NCBI GenBank assembly: GCA_029953675.1
Contig: JAMWBK010000009.1
Location: forward strand, 248,001-312,000
Reading direction: 5' to 3'
DNA from: Rhodosorus marinus CCMP1338
Lineage: Eukaryota > Plantae > Rhodophyta
DNA length: 64,000 nucleotides
In this document: positions 22,301-36,568 of the stretch, piece after piece
How the letters are laid out: the number at the start of each line of letters is the position of its first letter
Numbering within the stretch: position 1 is the first letter of the stretch
Made by a program: the position numbers and the translations under genes
The notes under the pieces: generated by a model
The model's input: only the letters and a program-made list of their open reading frames with translations
Told to the model about the DNA's origin: nothing
Databases searched by the model: none

Positions 22301-25169
22301 AGGATGGATGAATCCAGACCAGATCCCCGCGACCATTCTGTCGATTCCAATGAAAAATTCGGCCATATCCCAGACAGCGCCAGATTCAGACAACGAAAAA
22401 TGGGCAAACAAATACAATTTTGCAAAAAGATTGTCACTCAAAACTTACAAAATCATTAAAAATTGTAGAGCATACATCGAAAAGGCGTTCGAGTTTTTCT
22501 CCAACAGACATTTTGGTTTAATTTTTCCAAAATATGAAAATACACACTTCGGCTCTTCACGAAACATCTCCCCCCAGTGCGAACCAAAAGTACAGCTTTC
22601 TTGATCAACCTGAGAACATTCGATTTCAGTTGAATCATGAAAGGATACATCAAAATCTAACGAAGACAAATCTCAAATGGCCAAAACAAATACAACGGTT
22701 TGACCAGATTCATCTCCTCCCTCCACTGTATGCTTCAGCCCCAAGTTTTAGGATAAAAACAAAATTTCACATCTTGCAATCACTTAGTACACACAATAAT
22801 CTGTATTCTTGGGAGGGTCCCTGGCAAGCCGCCCCATTGCCCCACCAAAAGAATGAAGCATATTTCAACGGTTTTGACCCCGCTGCCCCGATATAAGTAC
22901 AACCGACTCGCAACCGATTTTTGTGCCCCCTAGCTTGCCCCTTCCCCAATCGTGCCAAATTCGTGCTGCTGACTCACAACCTCACTAGAGGTGCAGGCTT
23001 TTTCAATGTGTTTCAATGTGGTAGCTCTTGAGGGGGTTACGTTGACAAACAGATGCGATGGAGCTGAGCGCGGTTGGCAGCTTCTTGCAGCATTTTTATA
23101 ATGAATTTCAGCTGAATATAACTCAATCTCAAATGGGGGATTTCAAGTTTTTCTGCATACGAGTAAGCTCTTATGTCTTTGTATTCTAGTTGCACAAAAT
23201 CACAGGACTTAGGGGCATCCGTTTCATGAATATACAAACTAAATTTACTCGACGGGCATGCCCCAATGCCCGATACCTGCCCCGAAATTATCGCAGACCC
23301 CATAGGAGTTTCAATGGTATCACAGAGATAGCGTATTCAACGTGGGCAAAGTCCCGCTCCACCCCTCCCCCCTCCCCCCCTACCACCTCATACGTTCTCC
23401 TCAATCTGCGGTACAAAACACGTTTCATGGAGTGTACAAGAATACAGCTATCCTCCACCTCTTTACAATTCCAAGTGGTGGAAAACATTTCTACTCAAGG
23501 GCCAATGAACTCACGAAAAGTAGAGAAAATGCTTGTATCCTCAGGTTGTATCCTCCATGCCCCTTCCAATTCCAAACGGTGAACGCTCCTCTACTAAAAA
23601 GAAAAGAAGAGAAAACAATCATCTTTCAAAATCAAGTATTTCTTAAATATATTGTTTCATTTTCACACGGAGATACTGGAAATCTTATAGTAATAATTAT
23701 TATTCATATATAGTTATATTTTGGATGAATATTTGAGAAAATGATGGCTGCAATGCCATAAGCCATCGTCGATCTGGATTCTCTACTTTTCTTTTTCTTT
23801 TTTTCAATCGTATCAAAGAGCGCTCAACGCCCACCCCCCTCCACCCCTGGGGTGGTACCTTTGTTCCTGGGGGCAGTGGAGAGTGGGCAGTGGAGATTGG
23901 GCAGGGTGGATCAAAAACAGCTTAGGAACATTTGAAAAAAAGGAAACCTATGTATCTCTCCGCTTGGCATGTGTCGCGAAAGTTCAGGTGGAGTAAGATT
24001 TCATATAAATTTTGAGTTGAGTTGAATCGAAATAGTTTTTTGATGGAGGAGTTTTCCAGCCCTTTGATATCACCTTGAAATCGACCTGGACGCAAACTTG
24101 TTTTGATGCAGAATCTCGATAGTCGCTGGCGGCGAGAGTAACTGCATCTGCATCTCGAATGGTCTGTTGTAAGTATCTTTTAGTTCTGACTTGACAGAGC
24201 AAGAGCCAGTCACGGTTCGGTGTGATTGTGCTCTGAAACTGCCATAGCCTCTTATATCAGGAATTCAAATCTCAGCGCTGGTGAGGTTCTCCGCCCTAAG
24301 CGTTCTACTCTCTGTGGACGTCTCGGCCATCGACATTTGATAATTTTCACCAAAAATTTCCTATTTGCTCGAGATTGTCACACGATGACATCTATGGGCA
24401 ATAAAAGCCCGTAGCCCTGTCCAGATCAGCGCTAGTGATCAGAGCACAGACGCGCTCAGCCCTCAAAACAAAATGTACTAGAGCAAGCAAAGCGCAACGA
24501 GCATAGACCTTTTTTTTGTCTGGGGTTCGGAGTTAATGCCCGTCTTCAAGCTAGTCGTGGAGTAATGTGGGCATGACCCCCAAAACAGCAAATCTGCTTT
24601 GAGAGTTTTGGGCTGGGAATCCGTTTCAGATTCGTAAGATGCCAAACACAAGCCCATCGGTGCAAAAGTAAGTAGAGATCCGCAACTAATGCGTCAAGGA
24701 ACTTGTTGTACGCCTACTTTTTGCCACTCGGAAATTCGGTCCATCTCTACCTCAAACTACCCCAAACGGGTTTACAGCTGTTTCGTACTGCTTTTGGAAA
24801 ACACATTCAAGAGGAATAGTGCGGAAAATGCGTTTAGTTACTACTGTTTTGGAGCCTTCTCGACCTGTCCAGCCGCTCTCGGCTCGTTTCTCAACTTGGT
24901 CGACCGTTCACAACTTTTTTTAGTCACGCCAAGGGCCGTGTGCAACGTTTCTGACCAAGGGAGCCCTCCTGAGCGTTCTTCCCTTGTCCCATCCCGGGGG
25001 GAAGGCCGCTTCCCACTTTGTGGGCTCGCAACAAGCTGATCGATTCTCGGGAGAGGATACTTCAGACATGTGGGGAATTAGTTTAACAGCCTCCTAAGTA
25101 TCCTGTGCCTCACGAATCGATCAGCTAGTTGATTCATTAGCGATCCGCGCTGAATGAGGGGCAGAGATT

Positions 25170-26160
25170 GTCAAGGAAGAGCCCCTCCCAGTGGCTCAAC
25201 ACACACACGCCCAAACTGATGACTCTTGAAGTCCCTGTTGGTCCCCCAAACGAGTTGCAGATATTGTCGTGCACGACGCGGACGGTCTTTGCAACGCGTA
25301 TGTAGACCTGACTCTTCCATGTCCTCTTGTCCCCTCCCTATTTGTCCTCTTCGACTCGAGAGCGAGGTGCGGTTGCTCGCATCATGCGCCAGGAGGAGGT
25401 AGCGTACCAGGAAGCCCTTACGAACGTAACCGCCTGCCAAAAAAAATCGTCTGCGTCACCACAGTTTTTCTCAGCTTGTCATCGATGTCTTTGGATTCAT
25501 CGAGAGTTCAGGGGTCGCCTAGCTTCGAGACTGTTTCCGGGATCACGATGAGACTCACTCGCTTTTCTTCTCTTCGTCGAGCTGTATGCTGTGCCGTTCG
25601 GATGCGTCATTAGTCTTAGCTGCCCGTTCTCTCGGTTTGGCCTAGCCTTCTCCCTCTCAGGGTTGTTGTCTCGGAATAAACGATGAACAATTTGCTACGC
25701 GGCCGATCGTTACGATAAGCTCGACAGATGGGAGCGGCAGAAGCTAATACTCCCAAGACGGCCTTTGTCTCCGAGTTGAGTCACTTCGAATGGAGAGCAG
25801 CACCGTTCGCGCAGACATCGTTGCCGTCCTACTTTTCGAAAACGATGACAGAAGTACTGCGCGCATTCCCGTGACGGAGCGTCGTAGGGTACTTGGATGA
25901 CATCCTGAGCTCAGCGAAGATGAGGTGCAACACTGCCAGGAAGTGAGGGAGATATTTCGACGTCTTCTCGGGAAGAAGCTGTTTTTACTGTGGAAAAAGC
26001 CGCATATTAAGAGTAGAGAGGTGGATTATTTTGGGGTTCATCGTCGGAGGAGATGATTTGAAAATTGATGCTGGAAAGGTAGCAGCCGCGGCAGAGCTAC
26101 GGTTTCCGAAGAACCTGGCGGGGTTGCGATGTTTTCCAAGGTCCCCTGGCCTTTGGTTCA
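25170..26160 (+). mobile_element. Decayed Ty3/gypsy fragments (RT core clear; possible integrase tail upstream)
   Basis: 25700-26160: KTAFVSELSHFEWRAAPF...YLDDIL...H...V..IF..L...GFIVG...IDAGKVAA...FPKN...LRCF, across frameshifts. 25170-25450 is only weakly integrase-like. Confidence 0.75.
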
Positions 26161-26909
26161 TCGCCTTTGTGATGATGATGAGAAAGGATGGAGCAATAGT
26201 GCACATATCCAAATCCTTGCTCTCCGAGCGGGTAAGACCCTATGCGCAGATCGCACAGAGTCGATTCGACTCAACCTACACTAATATATCGCATCTAACC
26301 GCTGTACGGAGAGACTGTATTTATCAGCGGGAACCCTGAGTACGTGAGCAATACTGCATAATCATAATCACGTCGTTCCTCTTCCTCTAAATCACGGAAC
26401 AAAGCCCAAAAGCATTTTTTTGAGCCAGCTTGTCATAAGTTCTTAGACGGTCGCCCGCTATCCTCCCTGTCGAACCGTCGTCCAAAGACTCGGACGGTTC
26501 ATGCGTCTCAGGCTAGATACGGTTGTTGCAGGTCGTCCTCCCAAAGGGTATCTCTGCAACCACCTACCGATTTCTGATTGCAGGATTAACAAAGGTGCAC
26601 CGCGACAGCGAGTTCCATTTTGGACATGAATAGGAAGAGAGGACTCTAGCAACTCGAGCAGCATGATTGTGGAAGGAAAAAGCCTCATCGTAGAACGCGT
26701 CTTGCTTCTTGGCATCATCAACACCTCAAAATGAAAAGATGAGCCCTCCAGGCTGCTGACCCACGCAAGCTCACGGACGCTCGTTCTTTGTTTTGGCTGA
26801 ATCCTTGAGTCCCCCCGGAGGAAACTCTCTTTTTCTCAAAAAACAATATTTTTCCTCCTCATTCGACCCCGGCCCTTTTTCTTCGCCAAAAGTCATTAGG
26901 GGAATGCCT

Positions 26910-27430
26910 GTTGGAGCAGCTCATCATATGGTAAAGTCTCATAGTTTCCATGCAAACCAGTACCATCTGATTACCTACACAAAACAGAAGATTAAGACAC
27001 ACGTCCGCCAAAGTACTGAGCATATTCTGCACTGGAAACGAGTGTTTTGCCGCGGCAATCCCCGGCTTGCTAGGGTTCCTGTAGCGTTTGCCTTCCCTCG
27101 AACTGTTTTGGGGAAGTACCTTGGAGCAAGTCACCACATGGTATACTTTCGATGCAAACCAGTATCATCTGAATGCTTACTGGTAACAGAAGACTAGAAT
27201 CCACGCCCGCTTGAGTACTAGCATATTCTGTATTAAAAACGACCGTTTCCGAACTAGGGTTCCTCTAGCGTTTGCCTTCCATCGAAATGTCTAGGCGAAG
27301 TACCTTAGAGCAAGTCACCACATGGTATAGTTTCGATGCAAACCAGTATCATCTGAATGCTTACTGGTAACAGAAGACTAGGACCCACGTCCGCTTGAGT
27401 ACTAGCCATATTCTGTACTTAAAACCGACC
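26910..27430. repeat. About 184-bp tandem repeat, roughly 3 copies
   Basis: GAGCAAGTCACCACATGGTAT..TTTCGATGCAAACCAGTATCATCTGAATGCTTACTGGTAACAGAAGACTA recurs at 27124 and 27308 (period 184). A more diverged copy starts near 26914. Confidence 0.9.
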
Positions 27431-27662
27431 ATTTCTCATTCGATGTTCCGCTCGCTAGGGTTTTGTATCGGGCGGGGTTGTTGACGGAAGGGTTGAAAGG
27501 GGAAGGTCAACTGAGGGAAGTGAAGGAGAACAAGCGAAAGCCTTGACCTGCTTCCTTTGTAAGATCTGTCTTTTATTGTGTGTAAAAAAGAAGCGTTATC
27601 AATTAGTTGGGGTGGAAGTGTTTCCTTAAATATTATTGGAGGAATTTTGTTGAAAAAGTTTC

Positions 27663-29640
<1,978 letters not shown>

Positions 29641-29648
<8 letters not shown>

Positions 29649-30010
29649 CTGCCAGCAGAGATGAGGTTGTCCTAAGGATTTTGTACTGAACATAATGAAC
29701 CCCTCCACCATTATTTAAAAGCGACGTGCCCGGAAAGAATTGAAGCCAGTCCAAGCCGAAGGGGTTTCCTTCACTGGCTATCTGGATTCCATAGTTTTTG
29801 TCCGCTTCTTCGCAACCACAGCGCTCCGCTACTATATAAGCACCCAGGCTGCCAGCGGTAGGGCTCAAATATGCCAAGTAAGACAGGCGCCGCTCCGCTC
29901 TTGAATGCTTTTACAAAAGAGCTCCCCGTCAACCAGAGCGCCTCCACAATGCTTTACAATAACCACGCCAAAAGGAGAACGCAAAAAAAGCATTGCGGGG
30001 AGCACGAAGA
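29641..30010 (-). CDS. Small hypothetical protein convergent with the kinase
   Basis: Open frame AYIVAERCGCEEADKNYGIQIASEGNPFGLDWLQFFPG...VHYVQY. Strand-skewed leader at 30100-30450. Start unresolved. Confidence 0.3.
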
Positions 30011-31965
30011 CTCAAAAACACTCAAGACAACGAAGATTTGTTGAAAAGTGCCAGTTAGTTCATATCAGCCGTTTCTGCATCTCTCTACTGGTTCGCTGCC
30101 TACACACACGTGCCCCTAAATTACCTCCGTGAATTCTTCTGGATTACGTAAAAAAGAAACTGATTCGCCGGTCAAGAGATTCCATAGAGAGTTTTTCACT
30201 ATACAACATCTCTGCCTTTTCTCCATCTCCATACACACACACACCCACACAGCAGCGCAGATGCGTGTAAAAAATAAGAATGACTTTTTTCTACATTCAC
30301 ACACACCCCGAAAATACCCATACGTACTAGATTTCTCACGGAGAAAGACACAAAAACAAGAAGGAATTGATATTTCCACCAGCTTCTTCCAACCCCCCCA
30401 CCCCCCCAATACACCCCAATACACCATTTACTCCACGGGGATAAGCTGGTGCGATATTTACCTCATTGACGACTAATCTTCTGTTGCTCAAAATAATTTC
30501 GAAGGATATCTACATTTTACCAAATGTTTTTCCAAAAGCATAACTAGCAATTGTCATCAAAATGAGTATAACAAAAAAAAACTCAAGTGATTCCATATGG
30601 TCTCCATTAACACAATTCCTCTGCTCTCCGGGCCCCCACCCCCCCCCCCGCCCGCTCCCGCCCCGTGGGGCTGCTTCACTAATATCTACGAATAGTATTA
30701 TATTTTTTTAAATGTAGAAGCAAGTTACGTATATATACAACTACAAGCGTTGTAAACTGCATTTCTTGAAAGGAAAAACAGCACTTTTTAGAAATGCTCC
30801 TCGTTGATTATGAAAATTCTAGTACTTAGCCTCTTACCAAAAATTGTCGTTTACGGCTCCACTGACGTTTACTCGGAAGAGAAAAGAGGGGCAGGGGGGG
30901 GATGGGGAGGAACGTTGTGTTATTTTATTTTATTTTAATATTTTTGAACTCACTGATGTATCAGAAAGGATGAAATGGACATGAAAAGAGCAGTTCTCCG
31001 TTTCTGACAGCAAAGTACGTAAGCAGGTCCGCAAGGGACCCGGAGGTCTCTATGCACTCTCTCCAAAATGGTTGTAGTTTTCTATCAATTGAAATATGAA
31101 ATGTGAAAATTATTTAACGGAACTCAGTATCTGAATAAAACGAACCAACGAAAACTATCCACCAACATGATAAGGACATTTGTAAAACTTTCATTAGTGT
31201 TTCGTCTCTGCATTATTCAAAAAAAGCGGGAACTTTCATGGGAAGAGAGCACTAATCCAGAATCGATTTGATGATAAATCATTATCTGTAAAATATTTAA
31301 ATATACAAATGGAAGCAACAGTTTACCAATGAAGAAGACGGGGATAACCATATAGGACGCGTGGTAGGTTTTAAATAGCTAATAGATTGGCCGGGGAAAC
31401 TAAATTAAGAAAAATTACAAAAACACGGTGAAACGAGTTGAAGATATGGACTTTTCATAAAAACATTGAATTTCTTTGTTTTAAATAAAAAATTCTTCTT
31501 CTGCTTCTTGAAAGTCTTCTGTTGAGGTTGGAAAGAAGACGCACAGTCTAGTTGGGGTTCGCTATGATGCACTTTTTTTGGTTTTTTTCTCTCTCTCTCT
31601 CTCTCTCGTGTGCTCTCTCAACTTTTGACGTTAAAGGGTGGTAGAAAAGGAGTGCGATGGTTCGCAAGTTGGAAGGGAGGATGGGAGGGGGAGTGAAGGG
31701 AGTGAGATAGGATTGTGGAGGTGCTACATTTTTCGCATGGAGAAAGCCATTTTTGGTGGGGTTGTAGAGTGTGAGCAGTGTTGGGAGGAACGTGGTGGTT
31801 TCGGAGGATTATCGATTGGGGGTAGTTGTTTGTTTTGAAACGTGTTGGTGGCTAGGGTTTGGGTGGTATAATGCTTGCTTAGACTGAGGGAGGCGAGCTG
31901 CTTTCGGGGTGTGAACCCTCTTTATTGTTTGTTGTTTTTCGAGTGATCTGATTAGCTGAGGAAAA

Positions 31966-34414
31966 ATGCGTGGTGGGCGATTTCTACAGGTCCTGCTTTT
32001 GTGGTACGTGCACTTGCTTACCTCCTATTTGCGGGTTTCAGACTGGGCGATCAATGTCTGGCTAGCAGATTAGGGCTAAGATGACCGACTTTTTCGATGT
32101 GCCTGTAGGCTCTGGATTTGTCTAGGTAGAGGCAGTCCTGTAGACGTTCAAAAGATATCAATAGATATGCCAGGGCGGCAAGCAGACGTGCAGACCAGCG
32201 TTGAATCTTTTGCGATCGAAGTTCCAGATGTTTTTGAGCGTATTACTCCATACTCGATTTCGCTGGACAAGGAACATGTCCTAGTTGGAGTCAAATACGA
32301 GGAGGCGGCTGGGGGCGGTCGCGCAACGCTGTTTAAGAAAGTCGGGGATAGGAAGTGGGTTGAAGTTCTTCAAGTTTTCCATCCTGACTCCCTTAAGGAC
32401 TTCGGGGACTCGGTGGATTTGGACGTGGAAAAGGGGTGGATATTCGTAGGACTTGAGAAGCGTTTGGGAACTGTGCTAGAACCAGGGCACCAATGTAATG
32501 GTAGTTTTGATAAGTGTGGTCACGTAAGTCTCGTTCCTATTTGCCATTTCGTGTGCTATACTGGACAAACAGATCGTGTGTCTCACCCCTCTTATTGCTT
32601 GCGAATTGTTTAGGCTTACTTCTTCAAGTTTAATATCCTGGATTCGGGCGAGTATGAGGTCGTTGAGACAAAGAGATTGGATGGCAGCGACTCTGCAGAG
32701 CAGTTCGCGTTTCACATTGACCACTACGGCAACAAGGTTGTGGTGACAACGAGACATGGATTTGAGCTCTATGACATGGAATCGGGCTCACCAGAGCTAG
32801 AATATACTTTCAACGCACTTGATAAAGCTCCCGAAGCCTGGGATAACAATAGAGCCACGATCGATGTCACCGACTGCGAAATGAACGCAGACTACATACT
32901 CTGCGGGATTGCCACAAAGTCGACCAAGTACGTCCTCGTGACTCACCACTCATTAACTCTTGGCTTCGTTGTTTTGACTGTTGCGCTCTGTCCTTTCCGC
33001 AGACGGGATGGCGAGAAGTTTCCCCCAACTTACATAGCTGATCCTTGGCTATCGCTGCATAAATGGAATGAGATGTCGCAGAAGTACGAGTACGAAATGA
33101 ACATTCTATACAGAGACATGTTCCCGAATGGAGATCATTGGCATGATATGATCAGGGTGCATGTGGGCGTAGACAAGGAAACCAACTTGTTCGTAGCCGG
33201 GTTCCCGTCCTCTGGATATGAACAATATACATTGTTCGATGAAAATGGAAACCCGCAATATTACGGTGACGGTAACGATGGTTACCCGTACAGGGTTGGC
33301 GAGGTATTTTTCGACGCCGGGAGAGTTGTGATGCTTAGTGTCGATGAGAACGCCGAGAAAGGATATACATATCAAGAAGTAATAGCGCCCGTGGGATCAG
33401 GGGACGCGGAAGATAGTTTTGGCTTCACAGGATCGTGCAGCGGTGGGAGCTGTCTTGTATGCAGCGACGATTTAGATCAACCGCGTTGCCACATCGTAGA
33501 GAAAGATGACTCCGGCAATTGGATAATTGAAAAGAGACTGGAGAAGCAGCTCGACCCGAAAAATCAATCGATCGGGGACAGCTTTGGTTTTGAGGCTGTA
33601 CTGCGCAATGGGACCGCCGTGATTACAGATTCTCAGTTCATCAATATTTACGAAGACGTTAGCGAGGTCAACACGCTGGCTCCAGAAGTATTGGAACCCG
33701 AGGTAAGTTGGGTTGAATGATTCTGCCCTCTTAGAATTGCGAGGAACGGCCTTCTTAGTTCTTCTTGCTCGCTTTTGCTAGGGATCATCGGCACTCTGCT
33801 TTGCTAGAGGTTCCAACGTTTTCGTTGAGGGCGAAACACCGGGAGAAGCTGTGGAGTCGAAAATTGAGAATATTTCTGTTGGTGATAGAATTGGGTCAGT
33901 GGACGAGAGTGGAAACTTTGTTCTTAGCGAGGTTTTCCTCGTTCAACACGTGTCGGACATGACGGAGTACGATGTCCGTCACATTACATATGACGACAAG
34001 AGTGGTTTGTCGCGAACGCTGGTAGTTACACCTGGACATTTGCTTGTCAGTGGCCGCACTGAGCGGGGGCTCAGTTACGTGACAGCTTCCAAGGTGACTG
34101 CCGGTACCGTCCTCTTCGTTACAGATGGAAAGGGCGCCATGGTGGACGTCTCCGTAACGAGCGTTGACGAGAGCAAGTCTAGAGTCGTAAACCTTCACAC
34201 AATGTCGGACCGAATCGTTGTGGAGGGTGTCGTAGCAAGCTGCTTTGCTGAGGTGCCCCTACTTCGCGGCCTTTATTTCTGGGAATGGATCATGTCCGTT
34301 TTAATTAGACCAGTGAAGGTCCTGCACAGAATGGGCCTGAGAAAGTTGGCCCAAGCGATGGACGTCTCTGCGAACATGCTTTCAGCTCACATGTTTAGAT
34401 TGTGCAAGGTGTAG
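31966..34414 (+). CDS. Secreted FG-GAP-like beta-propeller protein with C-terminal Hog-type Hint domain
   Basis: Signal peptide MRGGRFLQVLLLWLWICLGRG; FGDSVDL and DSFGF blade repeats. An in-phase intron at 33703-33781 joins to GSSAL|CFARGS...VTPGH...NLHT...IVVEGVVASCF, followed by an amphipathic tail. Confidence 0.85.
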
Positions 34415-35033
34415 GATGGCTTTCGTACGAGGATAGACCTGTTAATAATTAAGTAAATACCTGTCGCTTTTTATAAGAATTTGATCCTCCACGATCATAG
34501 CAGAGCACTGGGTCCAACTTGAACCTTTTTCGATAGGGTCCAGTGGTTGCAACCTCCTCAGATGGATCCAGGGCTTCGTTATTGACCCTCCCGATGCACA
34601 AGTACATCCACGTTTGAAAGCAAACCAACGGGCGCTGGTTGGGGTGGGGTACAGCACTTCCGAGCTTATTCGCCTGAAACTCACAAGATTCCCGGTCAGA
34701 TCTCGGTTGAACGGGACTTGGCCTTGGGGCCTACTACCCTCCGCCATTCGTGCATGGAGCGGGTTGCTGCTGCGTTTACCTTAGCGCAGTTCGATTGCAG
34801 CACAGGAGAAGGCCATTGGTGGGTACTCAAACGATGGAAAACGAGGCAGGAACCGCAACTCATTGAGATAACGCCACCGACTCCCTCGGTAGATTGCGCC
34901 TGAAAATAGAACCGGGCATGGCTAGGTTAAAACGCACACGCTATAATGGAAAACGAACGCTAGGGGGAATGGCATATGCCCGGCCAATACACCCAGTTCT
35001 TTGTTGACAACCAAGCTATCCTCTTACGCTCTT

Positions 35034-35586
35034 CTACTTGAGTCTTGCCTCAGCCTGGCGAAGCGATAAGAAATCTTGTACTCTGTGCTCTGGAAGAGAT
35101 CGCAGAAACCTGAAAGCCTCTGGAGAGCAGAATCTCAAGCGGGTTTTCGGGTCTGTATAGTTGGCCTTGAAAGTTGCGAGAGAGAAAGAGACAAAAAAAA
35201 AAAGTTAGCACAGGTTCCATTCTCGGATTGAAAGGTTCAAAGCTAGAAAATCTGCGCGGAAGTCTTCCGGTTGTGGGCCCTTGTTTGGGTTTATAGGAGA
35301 TACGGACCTTGAAGCCAGTTAGATCGCAATATTTCTTCGGAGGTAGAGTAGAAGGCGGTGAATCGATGTTATAGTAGGTCGGTACATCCGGAGGAAGAAG
35401 CTCGAAATTCTCGCTCCCAGCAAGCTGTTTCAAGCTCTTATAATTTCTTCCTTTTTTTGACGTAACTTCGTTGACATAACCTCCGTCCAACTTTGCCTGA
35501 ATGTCAATGACATCGTTGCTCAACCCAGTTCCATCTCCATTGCCATCCACAACTTTCCGTTTCCTTCGCACTTGATCCTTCGACAT
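35034..35586 (-). CDS. IES6: INO80 complex subunit Ies6/INO80C (YL1_C domain)
   Basis: KSLKQL...TYYNIDSPPSTLPPKKYCDLTGFK|ANYTDPKTRLRF; one intron. Confidence 0.92.
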
Positions 35587-36568
35587 TCTGCAAGGAAAAT
35601 ACTCCTAAGCTTCCTTTACTACAACAAGAAGAAACGCTTGGAAAAATCCCGTATTAATCTCTCATCTAGCAGGCATCCGCCATCAACGATACTCTCCAGG
35701 ACCATTAATCCACTTTACCCCTCCCTCCCACACTGTCTAACAAGACGACTGCCGAAGGCCATTTCTTGTTACCAATCTTTGCCAAGGCAACCCAATCATC
35801 TAATTTATTCTTAAATATAAGAAATAGCAAGTATGATATTATCCGAACTAATATAGGCTAATTTCTCCCCAAAACCATTTTTCTTTTGCTACGTGACGTT
35901 AAAAAGACCCACAATTTCTTCAATAATATCAATAATCATCGTCGTACTTATTTCAAAGTAAAATAATATATTTATAACCAATGAGTTTCAATTAAACGTA
36001 TATTTCGTTCTTATTTTTGGGCTTGTTGGAATGAGAGTGACTGGCGGGGAGGGTTTTTGGTGGTTTCACCGCTTGAGGGCGTGCTTGATGCCACTGAGAC
36101 TCCTCCGAAGTGGTGCTAAAAGGTGTCGCTGACTAAGATTCTGGAAAGTGGATTATCACTGTTTTGCTGACGGGTTGTCGCTGGTCGAGTGGTTCCCCTT
36201 TGCGAGGCGCGGTTTCGTCCCGGATACTAGACGGCGTACGTGCAGCAGGGAGCTTATTTCGACCATAGAAACTAGGCCTGCGTCGCATCGCATTACATTG
36301 ATACCCCCATCGTGTTTTATATCCCAAAAAACTAAAAGATATGACAATTGACCACAGAGCTACTACTCGTGGGTGAGTAGCTGTGTAGAGAAGCCATCCA
36401 AAGGCTTATTTGCGAGCGCCCATCTCGTGCCACAAAGAATTACAGTTGAACACCTCAGAGAGTGTGCACATGGCGACAATTGATCGGAAGAAACCGCAGA
36501 GCAATAATAGGCGGACATCTTAGACTGAAAGTTGTCTAGTGAACGTTCACCTTCCGACTACCAGCACT

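Noticed and set aside
22400-24700. Short ORFs in the AT-rich spacer (e.g. 23037-23303, 23984-24202)
   Set aside because: No recognisable motifs or consistent splice model; may be decayed repeats.
26910-27430. CRISPR-like array
   Set aside because: Units are contiguous repeats of about 184 bp with no unique spacers, there are no cas genes, and the context is eukaryotic.
33797-34414. Intein (protein-splicing element)
   Set aside because: It lacks the terminal His-Asn plus Cys/Ser/Thr and an endonuclease, and it is C-terminal; this fits a Hog-type Hint domain.
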